Source: Nemertoderma westbladi
Lineage: Eukaryota > Animalia > Xenacoelomorpha
Length of the DNA stretch: 35,154 bases
Reading direction: 5' to 3'
Assembly: GCA_032718475.1 (NCBI GenBank)
Contig: JAUCBJ010003457.1
Location: 1-35,154 of the forward strand
The notes under the pieces were generated by a model. It searched no databases and was not told the DNA's origin. It worked only from the letters and a program-made list of their open reading frames with translations. A program made the position numbers and the translations under genes. Shown piece after piece: positions 12,281-24,464 of this stretch (positions are counted from its first letter, which is position 1; each line of letters begins with the position of its first letter).

Positions 12281-13343
12281 ATAGCGAGTCAGTGACTGCT
12301 GGTTAAGTTCATTGATATTATCCATGCCTATGTTTTATGATTTTATAGAGTTTATTTTTTGCATTGGTCTGTTGGTATCGTTTACCGGTAGTGTGTTGGT
12401 TTAGTTTTCTGCTGAACATTTAGCAGATGCAATAAAATGGAATAGCTATGGTGAGCAGATCCGCATTTTTCTATTCATTTTACTAACAAACACTGACTAA
12501 CCACTAAGACTAACTAAACAAACACACACTCTTGGGAATTTAATAGTTCGGAAAAGTTTGAGATGTTAAAAAAATTGTTGGACACATAGACTGACAGACT
12601 AACTGAAAATCACACATACTAATTATTATACCATCCATTTTTTATGTACATAAGTAATTTCTAGCAATATAATTATTAAATATGTCAAATTGTAAGACTA
12701 AACTCTCCAAAATGAGTTAAAATTTAACTAGAATCAATGACTACAATTGTAGTCCCATTGTGCAATAATGTAAAAAATATTTCTCATGCAAATTAGTGCA
12801 TATAAAAATGCAAATAAAAATGTGCCCAGCTTCTGCTTTGAGTACTAGTGGAGTTACAGGTACAGCCAAAATATGTCCGGAAATATAATCGCAGCCTGTG
12901 AAGGACAAATAGTGGCTGCACGGACACTTTCTGGCTGTAAATATGTGGACAATTTTTGGCTGAGCTTCAGCCAGAAAGTGACCAGTGTTCCTAACTGTAC
13001 CGTACCCCCACTAAATCGGTCATTGCGGTTCTAATGAGCATACTACAACTACTGTACTATAAATGCAGTACTGCAGCAGGAGAACTAAAAGTTGTCCATC
13101 GCGAAAATTGAGAGGTCACTAGCACTCAAAGGCTGAAAGGGTAGGTTCTGGCCATATGCTGATATGGCACTACTCCCCTAGGTCTGTAGGTCCCAAAATC
13201 AAAATTTTGGTATCTACCACTACCAGTCTACTGTAACTACTGAACTAAGTTTGGACCCATTTGATGATATGTAATGCATGCAGGAAGTTCTTTCTTGAGT
13301 CATTGATCTTTCATGATGTGTTATATTGTGATAAATTTCATTA

Positions 13344-13780
13344 CAGTTAGGAACACTGGCTGACTGGTCACTTTCTGGCTGGAGCTCAGCCAAAAATTGT
13401 CCACATATTTACAGCCAGAAAGTGTCCGTGCAGCCACTATTTGTCCTTCAACAGGCTGCGATTATATTTCCGGACATATTTTGGCTGTACCTCCACTAGT
13501 ACTCAAAGCAGAAGCTGGGCACATAATGTGACAATTTTAGGCCTATTAATGATAGTTGTCCCAACGATGAGATTCTAATTCTCAAATTAATTTATACAGA
13601 ATTTTGTGGCGATTCTAATGGCATAGGCCTAATTTTTAGAATGCCAATGTTAAAAATTCACTGCCAGTTTTCAAATGAAATTTAGCATTGTTTTCTATGG
13701 AGAAATTTCACTCTGAGAGCGTTTTCCGCGGACACATTCTGGCTGTAAATTGGACAAATTGTGACCAGTGTTCCTGGCTG
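13344..13780 (-). mobile_element. Short (437 bp) inverted copy of the CAGTTAGGAACACTGG MITE
   Basis: 13344-13523 is the reverse complement of 12820-12997, and 13548-13780 is the reverse complement of 5840-6066; TA on the left flank. Confidence 0.8.
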
Positions 13781-14688
13781 CATTATGGTATGGCAGGGTG
13801 CATCGCGATGGCTCAAAATTTCAACCCTTTTGGGATCCGTGAAGATATAGATGAAATTTATAGAAATTTTTTTCCCTTATTTTTTTACCATTTGGCAACT
13901 TTTGTGCACTGGTAGAACAATGAAATCGAAAAAAAGTAAAAAACGCACCGCCAGTACAATACTACAATCATAGTATTTAGACCTACAATTTTTTACAGTA
14001 GGCAGTAGGCGTAGGGCGGGGCTGCAGGGTGACAGACCGAACATAATCAGGATCGAATGTAACATTTTCCTTTATCTGTTTATGGAGATGTTTAACCTTA
14101 TTGTAAAGCGTTCCTACTGGAATTTTGTAGAGTTCATGGGCTTTTCTTTATGTCATTTCTCATTTGTAGGCCTAGCTGAGATATAGGCTAGCGTTCAAAG
14201 ATTGCACGAAGAATTGTTCGCTCACATAACTGCATAATGTTCTGGAACATTTATTGTTTATGTATGAATAGTTACACAATAGATATATTGAGAAATTTTT
14301 TTGTGGCAAATTCTTGTTCTCACTTCTGCACTTTGCACGAACTTGAAGAGCTTTGAGAACCCTGTCGCTTATCCAGTTAACAATATTCTGCAAATCGCCC
14401 CTGAGAGCCAGATTAGCTTACTTCGCGCCAGATATATATTCACCTAACTGTCGTACTGTTCTTGGTGTATGTATTGCAGTATTGCAGTCAGGCAGTTGGG
14501 CTTTGAGAGCCCTGCAGCGCCAGGACTCTTACTTCATGCCAGATATATTCACATATCTAGCGTAGGCCTAAGTATTGTAGTCGGGAGGCCAGTACAGCAG
14601 TCTGGCAGTACCGGCTGACCGGTCAGCCGGTAGGCAGGTAAGTCTGTCTTTAGTGCAGTTTTGCAGTTAGTGCTTAGCTATCTTAATT

Positions 14689-16856
14689 ATGATGGATGAA
14701 TCAGTATTTGTTGCGCAAGTGACCCACGAGCATTCGTTACAATCTGATTCTACACCTGGAACAACAACAAATATAATCCCCTCCACACTTGTCTTATCTT
14801 CGGGGGATGATACTGGGACCAGCAAAGGAATAAGGGAGGCCAGCTCTAAAGATAAACAGAGCGAAAGTGAAGATGATGAAAGCGAAATTTTGGAGGAAAG
14901 TCCATGTGGTAGTTGGCAAAAACGAAGAGAACAGGTATGTATGTCCAGATGTATATCAATCTGTTAATTGACAGATCGGCCACAGTTCAATGCTGCAATG
15001 TCAGTATGTTGTTTGGTGTGCTGGTGTTGCTGTGTATTTACTAGCAGACTATTATATATCAGTATATAGTCTGATAGTGGAATGGGCAGACCGGTACAGG
15101 TATGTTCAGATGTTCATGTTCCGTTCATCCGTTACAGGGTACTGCAACCGCACCGCCGATACCGGTGCCATAACTGCTGAACTGCAGTACTGAACTTTCT
15201 TTAGCATATAAAATCGTGCTGCTTTATGGCAGTATGGTGACATCACGCTGTGTGATGTGTGACCTTAGTGCTTAAATACTAGGACCGGTTCTTGTTAATG
15301 TTGATTGTTGTAGATCACTAATTTTCAATTTTTAAACTTATGTGCCTCGTCGTTTAACAACATCTATAGATAAATTGCCTGTAACATCCTGTAGGGAGGG
15401 AATATGTCTTGGATCCTACATTAAATTATAGGCTTAAATGAATGTACAGCACGGCTTTTATTAACTATTTGTTGATAGGTGACTCAACGCGATGTTCCTG
15501 GTATTGATGTCGCTTACTTGGCTATGGATATGGAAGAAGGAGTTGAGGTGGTCTGGAATGAGGTTCAATTTTCGGAGAGAATAAATTTTAAAGCAAATGA
15601 GGTATATATATTATTAAATTACCGGTAATAAATTTTAATTACGAAGCACCAGGTAAGGAGATAACAATTATGTTAAAACTAAACATGCGAAGTCAACATG
15701 TGTGTGCAATCTGTCTCATTGCGACCCTTTTATTTTTTTTGGTTGAGTTTTCTGATTATTATTATTGTGTGCGCCTACAGCATTGTGGAAGATGGCGAAT
15801 TTCTTATGAATTACCAAATATCAAAATTAAATATTAAATATTAAAAAATATCGCAAACTAATACTGGTACCGGTACGGTACGCAATCCTATAAAAAGATT
15901 ATGTCCTTCACAAATAGCATTTCTTGCAATGTAAGAAGTATACAGATTGTATTATAAGATATATTATAGATTAAACTGCTGTGCCTGTCACATAATTTAC
16001 TATTTGTTTTACAGGATAAAATTCGCGCCGTGTTTGATAATCTAACTCAGTTAGAGCATGCTAACATTGTGAAATTCCACAAGTACTGGACCGATGTGAA
16101 GACCGAGAAACCCAGAGTAAGGATATTTAAATGCATATGCATTAAATGCAGTTGTTTTTAATAAATTAATTATTTGTTTCACTTAAGGTTTATTTGCTAT
16201 CCATGCAACTTAAGTTTCTTGGTTGGGATTTATCTATCCTTGAGAAACGAGTCATTGTGTGGTATATCATTCCGGAGTTCGGTGTAGTTGGTTATCATCT
16301 AAATCGACTTCTTATATAAATATTGATGTTGTGGTATAGCTCGAAACATATGCTATATTACGGATTGGATGTTTATCACATTCACAAATCGTTTAGCCTA
16401 CTTCTCTACGTGGCAACGCCTTCCATTTATTTGCCTTCCTTCCGATTCCTAGAGTAGATTAGTGATTGTCTATTTGTTTTTTGCTGCTCTGTTACTGTTT
16501 TATTTACTTTTATATCATGTTTTATAGGTAATTTTCATTACTGAGTACATGAGTTCCGGTTCCATGTCTCAATTTCTGAAGAAAACAAGAATGAACCAGA
16601 AGTTTATGCATGTTAAGGTAATCAATCAATTAATTAATTATAAATGTTAATCATATATTTATTATTAACGTTGATTTCAGCCTATATCATTATTATTATC
16701 GCTTCATCCATCTATCACAGGCGTGGAAACGTTGGTGCATACAGATTCTTTCTGCTTTAAGTTACCTGCATTCATGCTACCCTCCTATTATCCACGGAAA
16801 CCTTACTTGTGATACCATATTTATTCAGCATAATGGCCTTATTAAGATCGGATCAG
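14689..16856 (+). CDS. NRBP: Nuclear receptor-binding protein (NRBP/Madm pseudokinase), 5' coding exons 14689-14934, 15479-15601, 16015-16116, 16528-16617, 16721-16856; 3' part not found in window
   Basis: The spliced translation [24 protein letters not shown]|[34 protein letters not shown]...|[25 protein letters not shown]...|[20 protein letters not shown]...|[45 protein letters not shown] is the NRBP signature. All introns are GT-AG and the frame is preserved. Confidence 0.95.
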
Positions 16857-17660
16857 GTAAGCCCCCAAAATATTTTTTAGCCTAATTCATTTTACCTCTT
16901 GTATAATGACTTCATATGTTTGTCCTTTTAGATTTCAATTTCAATTTCCTAATTCTTTATATTCTTCTTATAATTCTTTATATATTCTTTACTTTGTAGT
17001 TCTTTGGCTATATTTGTTATATTTATGAATTCGTTCGTTACTATAGCTGCTATAGCGAGGCATACAGTGCATCATAATATGCACTTCCTTCTAGAAGGTT
17101 AGCGTTCTGCCCATATAGATAGTTATAAAAGGATTATTATTTGTTTCTCATTTGTTGTTTCCTATTATTGCGATTACTTTTACTGTGTACTACTATCATC
17201 TTTCAAACTGGCGCCGTATAATTTTTGCCAAAATGCGCCATGCGTCTGCGCCCAGATGATGGCTATTAATGGTGAAGTTCTCCCCACATTGTAGTGTTTG
17301 TGTATCAAATTTTGCGTAGCAATGGTACTCACTAGGGTGGTGTTAGTGTTTGCTTTTTATATTGCTTTGATATGCTGCTCTTACTGATTCACGGTAGTGC
17401 TTTAGTTTTAGTCTACTTTTTCTTATACTTATAGTTATAGTCTAGTGGGATTTTAAAAAAATATATGGATGTTTCATTTTCTCCAATAATTTAATATATA
17501 TAAAAAGCAATGAATTTTTATTTCCATGCTATAATTTTTATATGAAATCAGTCATTCACTGGAAATTCCAACTACGTGTTTACGACATACATGCTTGTAT
17601 GTTGTAACTACATTCTACAGCATCAAATGAATGGTGTGGTGGAGTGAAAAACACGAATTC

Positions 17661-17886
17661 ACAACAGTTTACTGATTAACTCGATACACAACAGTTTACT
17701 GATTAACTCGATTCACAAGAGTTCACTGATTAACTTGATACACAACAATTTACTGATTAACTCGATTTATAACAGTTTACTGATTACCTCGATATACATG
17801 AGTTTACTGATTAACATGATACACAACAGTTTACTGATAATTCGATTTACAACAGTTTACTGATTAACTCAATACATAACAGTTTA
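17661..17886 (+). repeat. 27-bp minisatellite, about 8 copies
   Basis: Unit ACAACAGTTTACTGATTAACTCGATAC; starts at 17661 and 17688 give the period. Confidence 0.9.
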
Positions 17887-17889
17887 CAA

Positions 17890-18575
17890 ATTCGTCCCAC
17901 TGTGGTGGTTACATTTTTGCCGCAATATATTGGATATATCTGAGAAAGCTTTTGGGTTTTACTCAGGTGTGGATGCATTGGTGGTGAGTTTGGTTGCGCT
18001 TTGGATGAATGATTTAATGCAGACAGAACAACTGTATGGTTTCTCACCAGAGTGAACCCATTTGATGACTTTCGTGTTCCAATAGCCCAAACTCGAAACT
18101 TATCTGGATCATTTTTTGGGACCAGTAGGAACCCAAACCTGTTTCTGTAGAGTTGGGTTCATTGTTTTCAATTTTAAATGGGAAAGGAAAAGGAGAAAAG
18201 ATTCCACTGTGTAGATGACGTCGCAATGTTCGCATGGCAATTTAGGTGAACTCTTATCGTGAGATAAATCCATTATCTTTCTCATTGCACATCCACCTCT
18301 ACTACTCTGGTGTCTAAGAAGTACCTCCTGATTATCAGACTGGTAACTGTCACATCCAGCATAAAGAAACAACCCGTCATCAAAAGCTCTCATCCCTAAT
18401 TTCTTCTTCTTCGATTTTTTAATAATAATCAATCTCAATTCTTTCGTGTATCTCTTTGCGTACCAAGTAAGGAGTTCCATACCAGCTGCAACTGGTTTAC
18501 AGATCCGTTGATATATCTCCTCTCCGAACTGAAACTCGAATCGCAAACTCGAAAACACAGCTTGAATTACCAATT
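17890..18575 (-). pseudogene. PRDM9-like copy A (SET C-terminus, post-SET finger, degraded C2H2 fingers)
   Basis: FQFGEEIYQRICKPVAAGMELLTWYAKRYTKEL and HSGEKPYSCSVCIKSF; frameshifts and stops. Confidence 0.75.
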
Positions 18576-18959
18576 GTCTGTCATTATAGAGGGTTGATTC
18601 CTCATTAATAACTTCCCCTGGAGACCGTAGCCTAGCGGTAGGCTATACGTTGGCTGTGCTTAGCATCATCTGTTTGTCCGTGGACAAGAAGATTATTGGG
18701 TTTTCCACTGTTCACAGGGGGATTAGCAGTGTTTGGTGGATATTAGTGGGAAGACTGCTGGACTAGACCTACTACCGGCGGTCAAGCCTGCATTTAGAAT
18801 GGCTTGAGGTATTCAACCTTCAACTCCTGGATATCACGGTTAGTAATCCAGTGAATAACTACTTTTCCCTCGAGAACCAAAGTAAGAGCATTGGTGATTT
18901 CTTTTTGAATCCAGCAACGAATACCTTCTTTGGTGAAGGAGTGAGTTGTCTGTTTGTTA

Positions 18960-20305
18960 TAACTTCCTACTTAACACTATGTGTACTATTGTGTTTTATT
19001 TGATCGCAACTCTTCATAAATAATTTACTGCAGATTCGGCAGATTAAATATTTCATGCTTGAATAAACCCGCTGGTATGTCATTTGACTGGTCTGTTGGC
19101 TGAAAACTTTACTACATATAGAACAACTGTACAATTTCTCACAAGAGTGAACCCATTCGTTGTTCAATAGCCCTTTCATACTCTTAGCTGGTTTATCTAA
19201 ATTAGATTGTTTCTTGGGACCAGTAGGCATGTTGGAACCCGAAGGAAACGAGAAAAGATTCCACTGTATAAATGACAAATAGGAAATGAGAAAAGATTCC
19301 ACCGTGTAAACGACGTTGTAATGTTCGCATGTGAATTTAAGTAAATTGTTAGCATGAGCTAAGTCGAATCTCTTTCTCTCAGCACATCCACCACTACTCC
19401 TCTGTTGTCTAAGAAGTACCTCCTGATTATCAGACTGAAAACTGTCACATCCAGTACAGAGAAACTACCCATCTTCCAAAGCTTTCATCCCCAATTTCTT
19501 ATTCTTATATTGTTTAGTAATTAATCCCATATTCTTTTGTGTATCCATTTCCATACCAAATAAGGAGTTCCATTCCAGCTGAAACTGGTTTACAGACCCA
19601 ATAATATATCTCTGTTCCAAACCGAAACCCACAAGCAGTTTGTTCCTCTTCCCATTTGGAGCAGTTTACATTGCGCACCCAATAAAAGATTTACCCTCAT
19701 CATCCAACTCCTGGTTTATTTTCTCCATCATGAGGACCATCGTGTCGCAGTATCTGAGTGGACACAGTGCCTGAACTGCTTACACAATAGTGTTTCGTGG
19801 CGCATATTCGAATCTGACTAAAGACTGTAGAAATTTCGCACTGCTGTGTCCCTATAGGCAAGACACTTTAGACATTAGTGCCTACGCCAACCCAGCGGTA
19901 TAATTATTATTATTATTATATTATTATTATTATTAATATTATTATTAATATTATTATTACCAAAGAATGTTCCCGGATTCAAATCGACCTTGGTAAACAC
20001 CTATTATTTTTATAAATTTGAGATTTCTTTATCTCCAGACACAGGGTAATTGATCTGCTGCCCTGGTTTCTTCCACCAGGAGTGGTTTTGGTATTGGGTA
20101 TGAAGATAAACTCCCCATGTACCAGACACTATCACTCAGTGTATTCCTCACTGCAAAGGTCTCAGAAAGCTGTTAATAATTTTATAGGGCAGTTGCAGTT
20201 GGTGTAATTGACCTCCTCTCTGGGTTGTAATCCACATCAGGGTTTGAAAGGAGCATTCGATTTAGAAGTGACGATGACTTTTAAATGTGACTCAACAGCT
20301 GTAGA
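18960..20305 (-). pseudogene. PRDM9-like copy B (SSXRD-like, zinc knuckle, PR/SET, C2H2 fingers), SINE-interrupted
   Basis: GLQPREEVNY, DLCSEEY..CLVHG, GPHDGE, WVRNVNCSKWEEEQ, and fingers YSCSICSKVFSQ...ICRICSKLF; many disablements. Confidence 0.8.
19740..19958 (+). mobile_element. tRNA-derived SINE with (TTA)n tail
   Basis: Absent from the paralogous site (TGAGGACCAAAGAATG near 27692). It has degenerate A/B-box-like motifs, a TGTGTCCCTATAGGCAAGACACTT core-like motif and an ATT-repeat tail. Confidence 0.7.
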
Positions 20306-21089
20306 TTAACAGATTAATAAATAAATAAATTAAATTATTAATTAATAAACTTTCTTTTAGGACTGGGTCTTTTGTCGATACCTAGATGTTGGGGTAGGGT
20401 GAGTAGCTACACCAAAGGTACACCAACGTGTACTTTCGACATTGCCAACCTGATAAATTAGTAGATGTAGAGGAGGACCGGGGGACCAGTGGTTCTACGG
20501 GGTTGACAACATCTACTTTGCAGCTTGGCAATCGGGACACACTTGCCAGTGCTGAAGTGTGATTTAATTTCTAATCCATAACATACTTTTTTTGTGTTAA
20601 TTCAGTTCTACATGCCGGACACACAGCCCACTTACTAAGTACATCGCAATTCGGGCATGATGACCCAGCGCCAGCGGTATTCATTGCACAATATGCAATA
20701 TGCCTACCCGAGTTCACAGCACAATCCTGCATTCACAGCAGTAGAGGCTGGCTGATATATCAGTATGGTATATGACGCAGTTAGGGGATAGCAGGATTGC
20801 AGACTACCGGTAGTGTGTAGAAGAACATGAGCAGAATGCAGGATTAATACAGCAACATGAAGTAAGTAGTACCGTAGAGCAGTACTGCAGTAGGGGGTTG
20901 CAGTAGTAGTGGTGGTCAGGTACACACACATCTGGCTATTGGCTACAGGTTTATGGCGTCTCTTTAGGGTCAATATTCAGTGTTTTAATATTTTTTATTC
21001 AGTATAAATTTACATTCAGTAATAATTAATATCTTTCAGTGTTCTACAATATCTTTTAGTAATTAATAAATTATCGTTCAGTAATACTG

Positions 21090-21737
21090 AATTATCTTTC
21101 AGTATTTACTGAATTATCTTTCAGTATTTACTGAATTATCTTTCAGTATTTACTGAATTATCTTTCAGTATTTACTGAATTATCTTTCAGTATTTACTGA
21201 ATTATCTTTCAGTATTTACTGAATTATCTTTCAGTATTTACTGAATTATCTTTCAGTATTTACTGAATTATCTTTCAGTATTTACTGAATTATCTTTCAG
21301 TATTTACTGAATTATCTTTCAGTATTTACTGAATTATCTTTTAGTATTTACTGGATTATCTTTTAGTATTTACTGAATTATCTTTCAGTATTTACTGAAT
21401 TATCTTTTAGTATTTACTGGATTATCTTTCAGTATTTACTGAATTATCTTTCAGTATTTACTGAATTATCTTTCAGTATTTACTGAATTATCTTTCAGTA
21501 TTTACTGAATTATCTTTCAGTAATACTTAATTATCTTTCAGTGATTATCTTTCAGTAATACTTAATTATCTTTCAGTAACGTATTTATCTTTCAGTGATT
21601 ATCTTTCAGTAATACTTAATTATCTTTCAGTAACGTATTTATCTTTCAGTAACGTATTTATCTTTCAGTGATTATCTTTCAGTAATACTTAATTATCTTT
21701 CAGTAACGTATTTATCTTTCAGTGATTATCTTTCAGT
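21090..21737 (+). repeat. Tandem array in left TIR (22-bp units, then mixed 14/19/21-bp units)
   Basis: (TATTTACTGAATTATCTTTCAG)n followed by TGATTATCTTTCAG, TAACGTATTTATCTTTCAG and TAATACTTAATTATCTTTCAG units. Confidence 0.95.
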
Positions 21738-21996
21738 ATTTGCAATAGCATATCAGTATAAAATCACTCGTTATAATAAATTCCGTATAAATTCCTTCAT
21801 CTCTCTATTGAATTCAATAGGCCAATCACAAAAAAGGCATATTCTAGAATATATAATGTTAATTTACGAAAACTGTCGACGGTGCAGTATGGCCTATGCA
21901 GTATGAAGTTACACTAGGCTACACAGTTTGTTGTTAGTTATGTATTAGCGTGATATATTTAATTAAGTGTAAGAAACTGAGGAAGAATAAACTGCA

Positions 21997-22440
21997 ATGC
22001 CGCGTTTTTGTGGAGCATGTGGTTCAGCAAATGAACTGAATTTCTGTACTAGTTGCGGTCGTTCTCTTTTAGTGGATGATACTCCCACCATTCACAATCG
22101 CAATCTAAACGAGAATACAAATCCATCGACCTCGCCACCACCTATGCCAAATGCGCTTACAGTAGATTCGGTAAGGGAAGCTGTCCGAGCGGAATTGTCG
22201 ACTAGTTTCTCCCCTTATAGAATTCAAGTTCCGGCAAATTCGCCTACAATGTTTAACGCTGCTGCGAATTCGGTACCTCGCTCCGGCACAGCGGGCGGTT
22301 CTAGACGGAGAGTTACTAGCCGGGTTCCGTTGGGAGGCCGTCGACAAGGTCGTCCTTCTACAGAACCGTTAAGTATAACACGTGACCTGCGTATTCTTCG
22401 ATCCGCTTCATCTGAACTATTGAATTCAATAGAGAGATAA
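21997..22440 (+). CDS. Transposon-borne ORF with N-terminal zinc ribbon (CxxC-x8-CxxC), probably 3'-truncated
   Basis: MPRFCGACGSANELNFCTSCG start; CCAAT (21822) and TATATAA (about 21850) upstream; the frame runs into the right TIR at 22417 and stops at 22440. Confidence 0.6.
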   Translation: MPRFCGACGSANELNFCTSCGRSLLVDDTPTIHNRNLNENTNPSTSPPPMPNALTVDSVREAVRAELSTSFSPYRIQVPANSPTMFNAAANSVPRSGTAGGSRRRVTSRVPLGGRRQGRPSTEPLSITRDLRILRSASSELLNSIER

Positions 22441-22499
22441 AGGAATTTATACGGAATTTATTATAATGAGTGATTTTATACTGATATGCTATTGCAAAT

Positions 22500-23297
22500 A
22501 CTGAAAGATAATCACTGAAAGATAAATACGTTACTGAAAGATAATTAAGTATTACTGAAAGATAATCACTGAAAGATAAATACGTTACTGAAAGATAATT
22601 AAGTATTACTGAAAGATAATTAAGTATTACTGAAAGATAATCACTGAAAGATAAATACGTTACTGAAAGATAATTAAGTATTACTGAAAGATAATCACTG
22701 AAAGATAAATACGTTACTGAAAGATAATTAAGTATTACTGAAAGATAATTAAGTATTACTGAAAGATAATTAAGTATTACTGAAAGATAATCACTGAAAG
22801 ATAAATACGTTACTGAAAGATAATTAAGTATTACTGAAAGATAATTAAGTATTACTGAAAGATAATTAAGTATTACTGAAAGATAATCACTGAAAGATAA
22901 ATACGTTACTGAAAGATAATTAAGTATTACTGAAAGATAATTCAGTAAATACTGAAAGATAATTCAGTAAATACTGAAAGATAATTCAGTAAATACTGAA
23001 AAATAATCCAGTAAATACTGAAAGATAATTCAGTAAATACTGAAAGATAATTCAGTAAATACTGAAAGATAATTCAGTAAATACTGAAAGATAATTCAGT
23101 AAATACTGAAAAATAATCCAGTAAATACTGAAAGATAATTCAGTAAATACTGAAAGATAATTCAGTAAATACTGAAAGATAATTCAGTAAATACTGAAAG
23201 ATAATTCAGTAAATACTGAAAGATAATTCAGTAAATACTGAAAGATAATTCAGTAAATACTGAAAGATAATTCAGTAAATACTGAAAGATAATTCAG
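22500..23297 (-). repeat. Tandem array in right TIR (reverse complement of left array, different copy numbers)
   Basis: (CTGAAAGATAATTCAGTAAATA)n preceded by mixed 14/19/21-bp units. Confidence 0.95.
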
Positions 23298-23879
23298 TAT
23301 TACTGAACGATAATTTATTAATTACTAAAAGATATTGTAGAACACTGAAAGATATTAATTATTACTGAATGTAAATTTATACTGAATAAAAAATATTAAA
23401 ACACTGAATATTGACCCTAAAGAGACGCCATACAGGTTAAGGTAAGCATTAGTTGCAATACAAACCAACTAACTATACAATTGAAGAACACATGTAATAA
23501 TGTAATATAGTTAGCCAATAGCCAAAATAGTTTTTGTGTACACGTTTCTTGGATTATACTAATTAATAGCTTCAAGGCTCATGGTCTTCATACCCTTCAA
23601 AAGCTTCATCACCATCAACTTTGTTGCTCTCTGCAATGCTTACAACTTTAAATGATTTGGATGTTCCTCCAAGTAGTCCTTAATTTCTATTTGAATTTGA
23701 TGTTTGATGAAGGCAATGTGGATAGGCCTAATACTACTTCAAGCTACACAGTATTATGTTACTTTAACCAAGTTAAAAGAATGATTCATATATCAGCTCT
23801 TATTGCAAAAACCATGGGCTTTAATAATTTTAAAAAATACCAGCAGTTATTCAATCAATCACAATAAAATAGAAGTTTT

Positions 23880-24463
23880 AAATTTCAGCCAACCACTGCT
23901 GATTTAAATTTTAAGTAACCAATGGATGAATACCTTCAATCTATAAAATAACTATTAGTTTTTAAGCCACATATGTTAAAAACATACGTTAAATTTTAAA
24001 ATAACCACTAGTTTTCAGATGTTATTTAAGAAAATAGCAACTAGTTTACAATTGCCGTAGAAGAAAATGACGGATAGTTTATTTATTTTGCGTATTTCCA
24101 TTAACAGCTAGTTTTGTAAAAAAAAAAGCCCATCAAAGGTGTGAAAAAGCCCTAAAATTTATAATATGTAGATATATAACCAACAGTTTATTTTAGTAAA
24201 AACAGATTGGTTTCAATTAATAGAATAGCCAATAGTTTAATTGTCACAAAAACGGTGGATTTTAGTGAAAATATTTTTTTTTATAAATAACCATTAGTTA
24301 TCTGTAAAACAATAGTTGGTTATTTCATGGAATGAAAATATGTTTGAAAAATAGCCAATTAAATTATAAGTTTTTTCACAACTAACAGTTTAAAATTTAA
24401 ACAAATGGTTTATCTTATTAACTGTATGATAATTAAAAAACCATCAGAAACTTTTTTCAGAGT
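23880..24463. mobile_element. Probable CACTA/EnSpm-type element end
   Basis: Dispersed AACCAnTAGTT-like subterminal motifs ending in TTTTTTCAGAGT directly against PRDM-like sequence; other end not located. Confidence 0.4.
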
Positions 24464-24464
24464 A

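Larger units (their letters stand above)
6082..12798 (+). mobile_element. piggyBac transposon, decayed, with nested insertions
   Basis: TTAA (6078-6081) then TIR CACTAATTTGCAT; inverted ATGCAAATTAGTG at 12786-12798; palindromic internal repeat TGACTACAATTGTAGTC near both ends (6105, 12738); encloses a piggyBac transposase ORF. The right TTAA is absent. Confidence 0.8.
5840..12997 (+). mobile_element. MITE (CAGT(T/C)AGGAACACTGGTCAC termini) split by the piggyBac insertion
   Basis: 5840-6066 and 12820-12997 match the two halves of the short inverted copy at 13344-13780. The right end GTGACCAGTGTTCCTAACTG is followed by TA. Confidence 0.7.
20952..23432. mobile_element. Foldback-type DNA transposon, IS3EU-like (TATGG...CCATA termini, 6-bp TSD), internally deleted
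   Basis: TATGGCGTCTCTTTAGGGTCAATATTCAGTG at 20952 is inverted at the end 23432; TSD CAGGTT at 20946-20951 and 23433-23438; TIRs 20952-21820 and 22417-23432. Confidence 0.85.

Noticed and set aside
14689-14967. Stand-alone 92-aa ORF
   Set aside because: It is NRBP exon 1 read through the GT donor at 14935.
21090-23297. CRISPR-like appearance of the regular repeats
   Set aside because: Units are directly adjacent with no unique spacers, there are no cas genes, and the context is eukaryotic.
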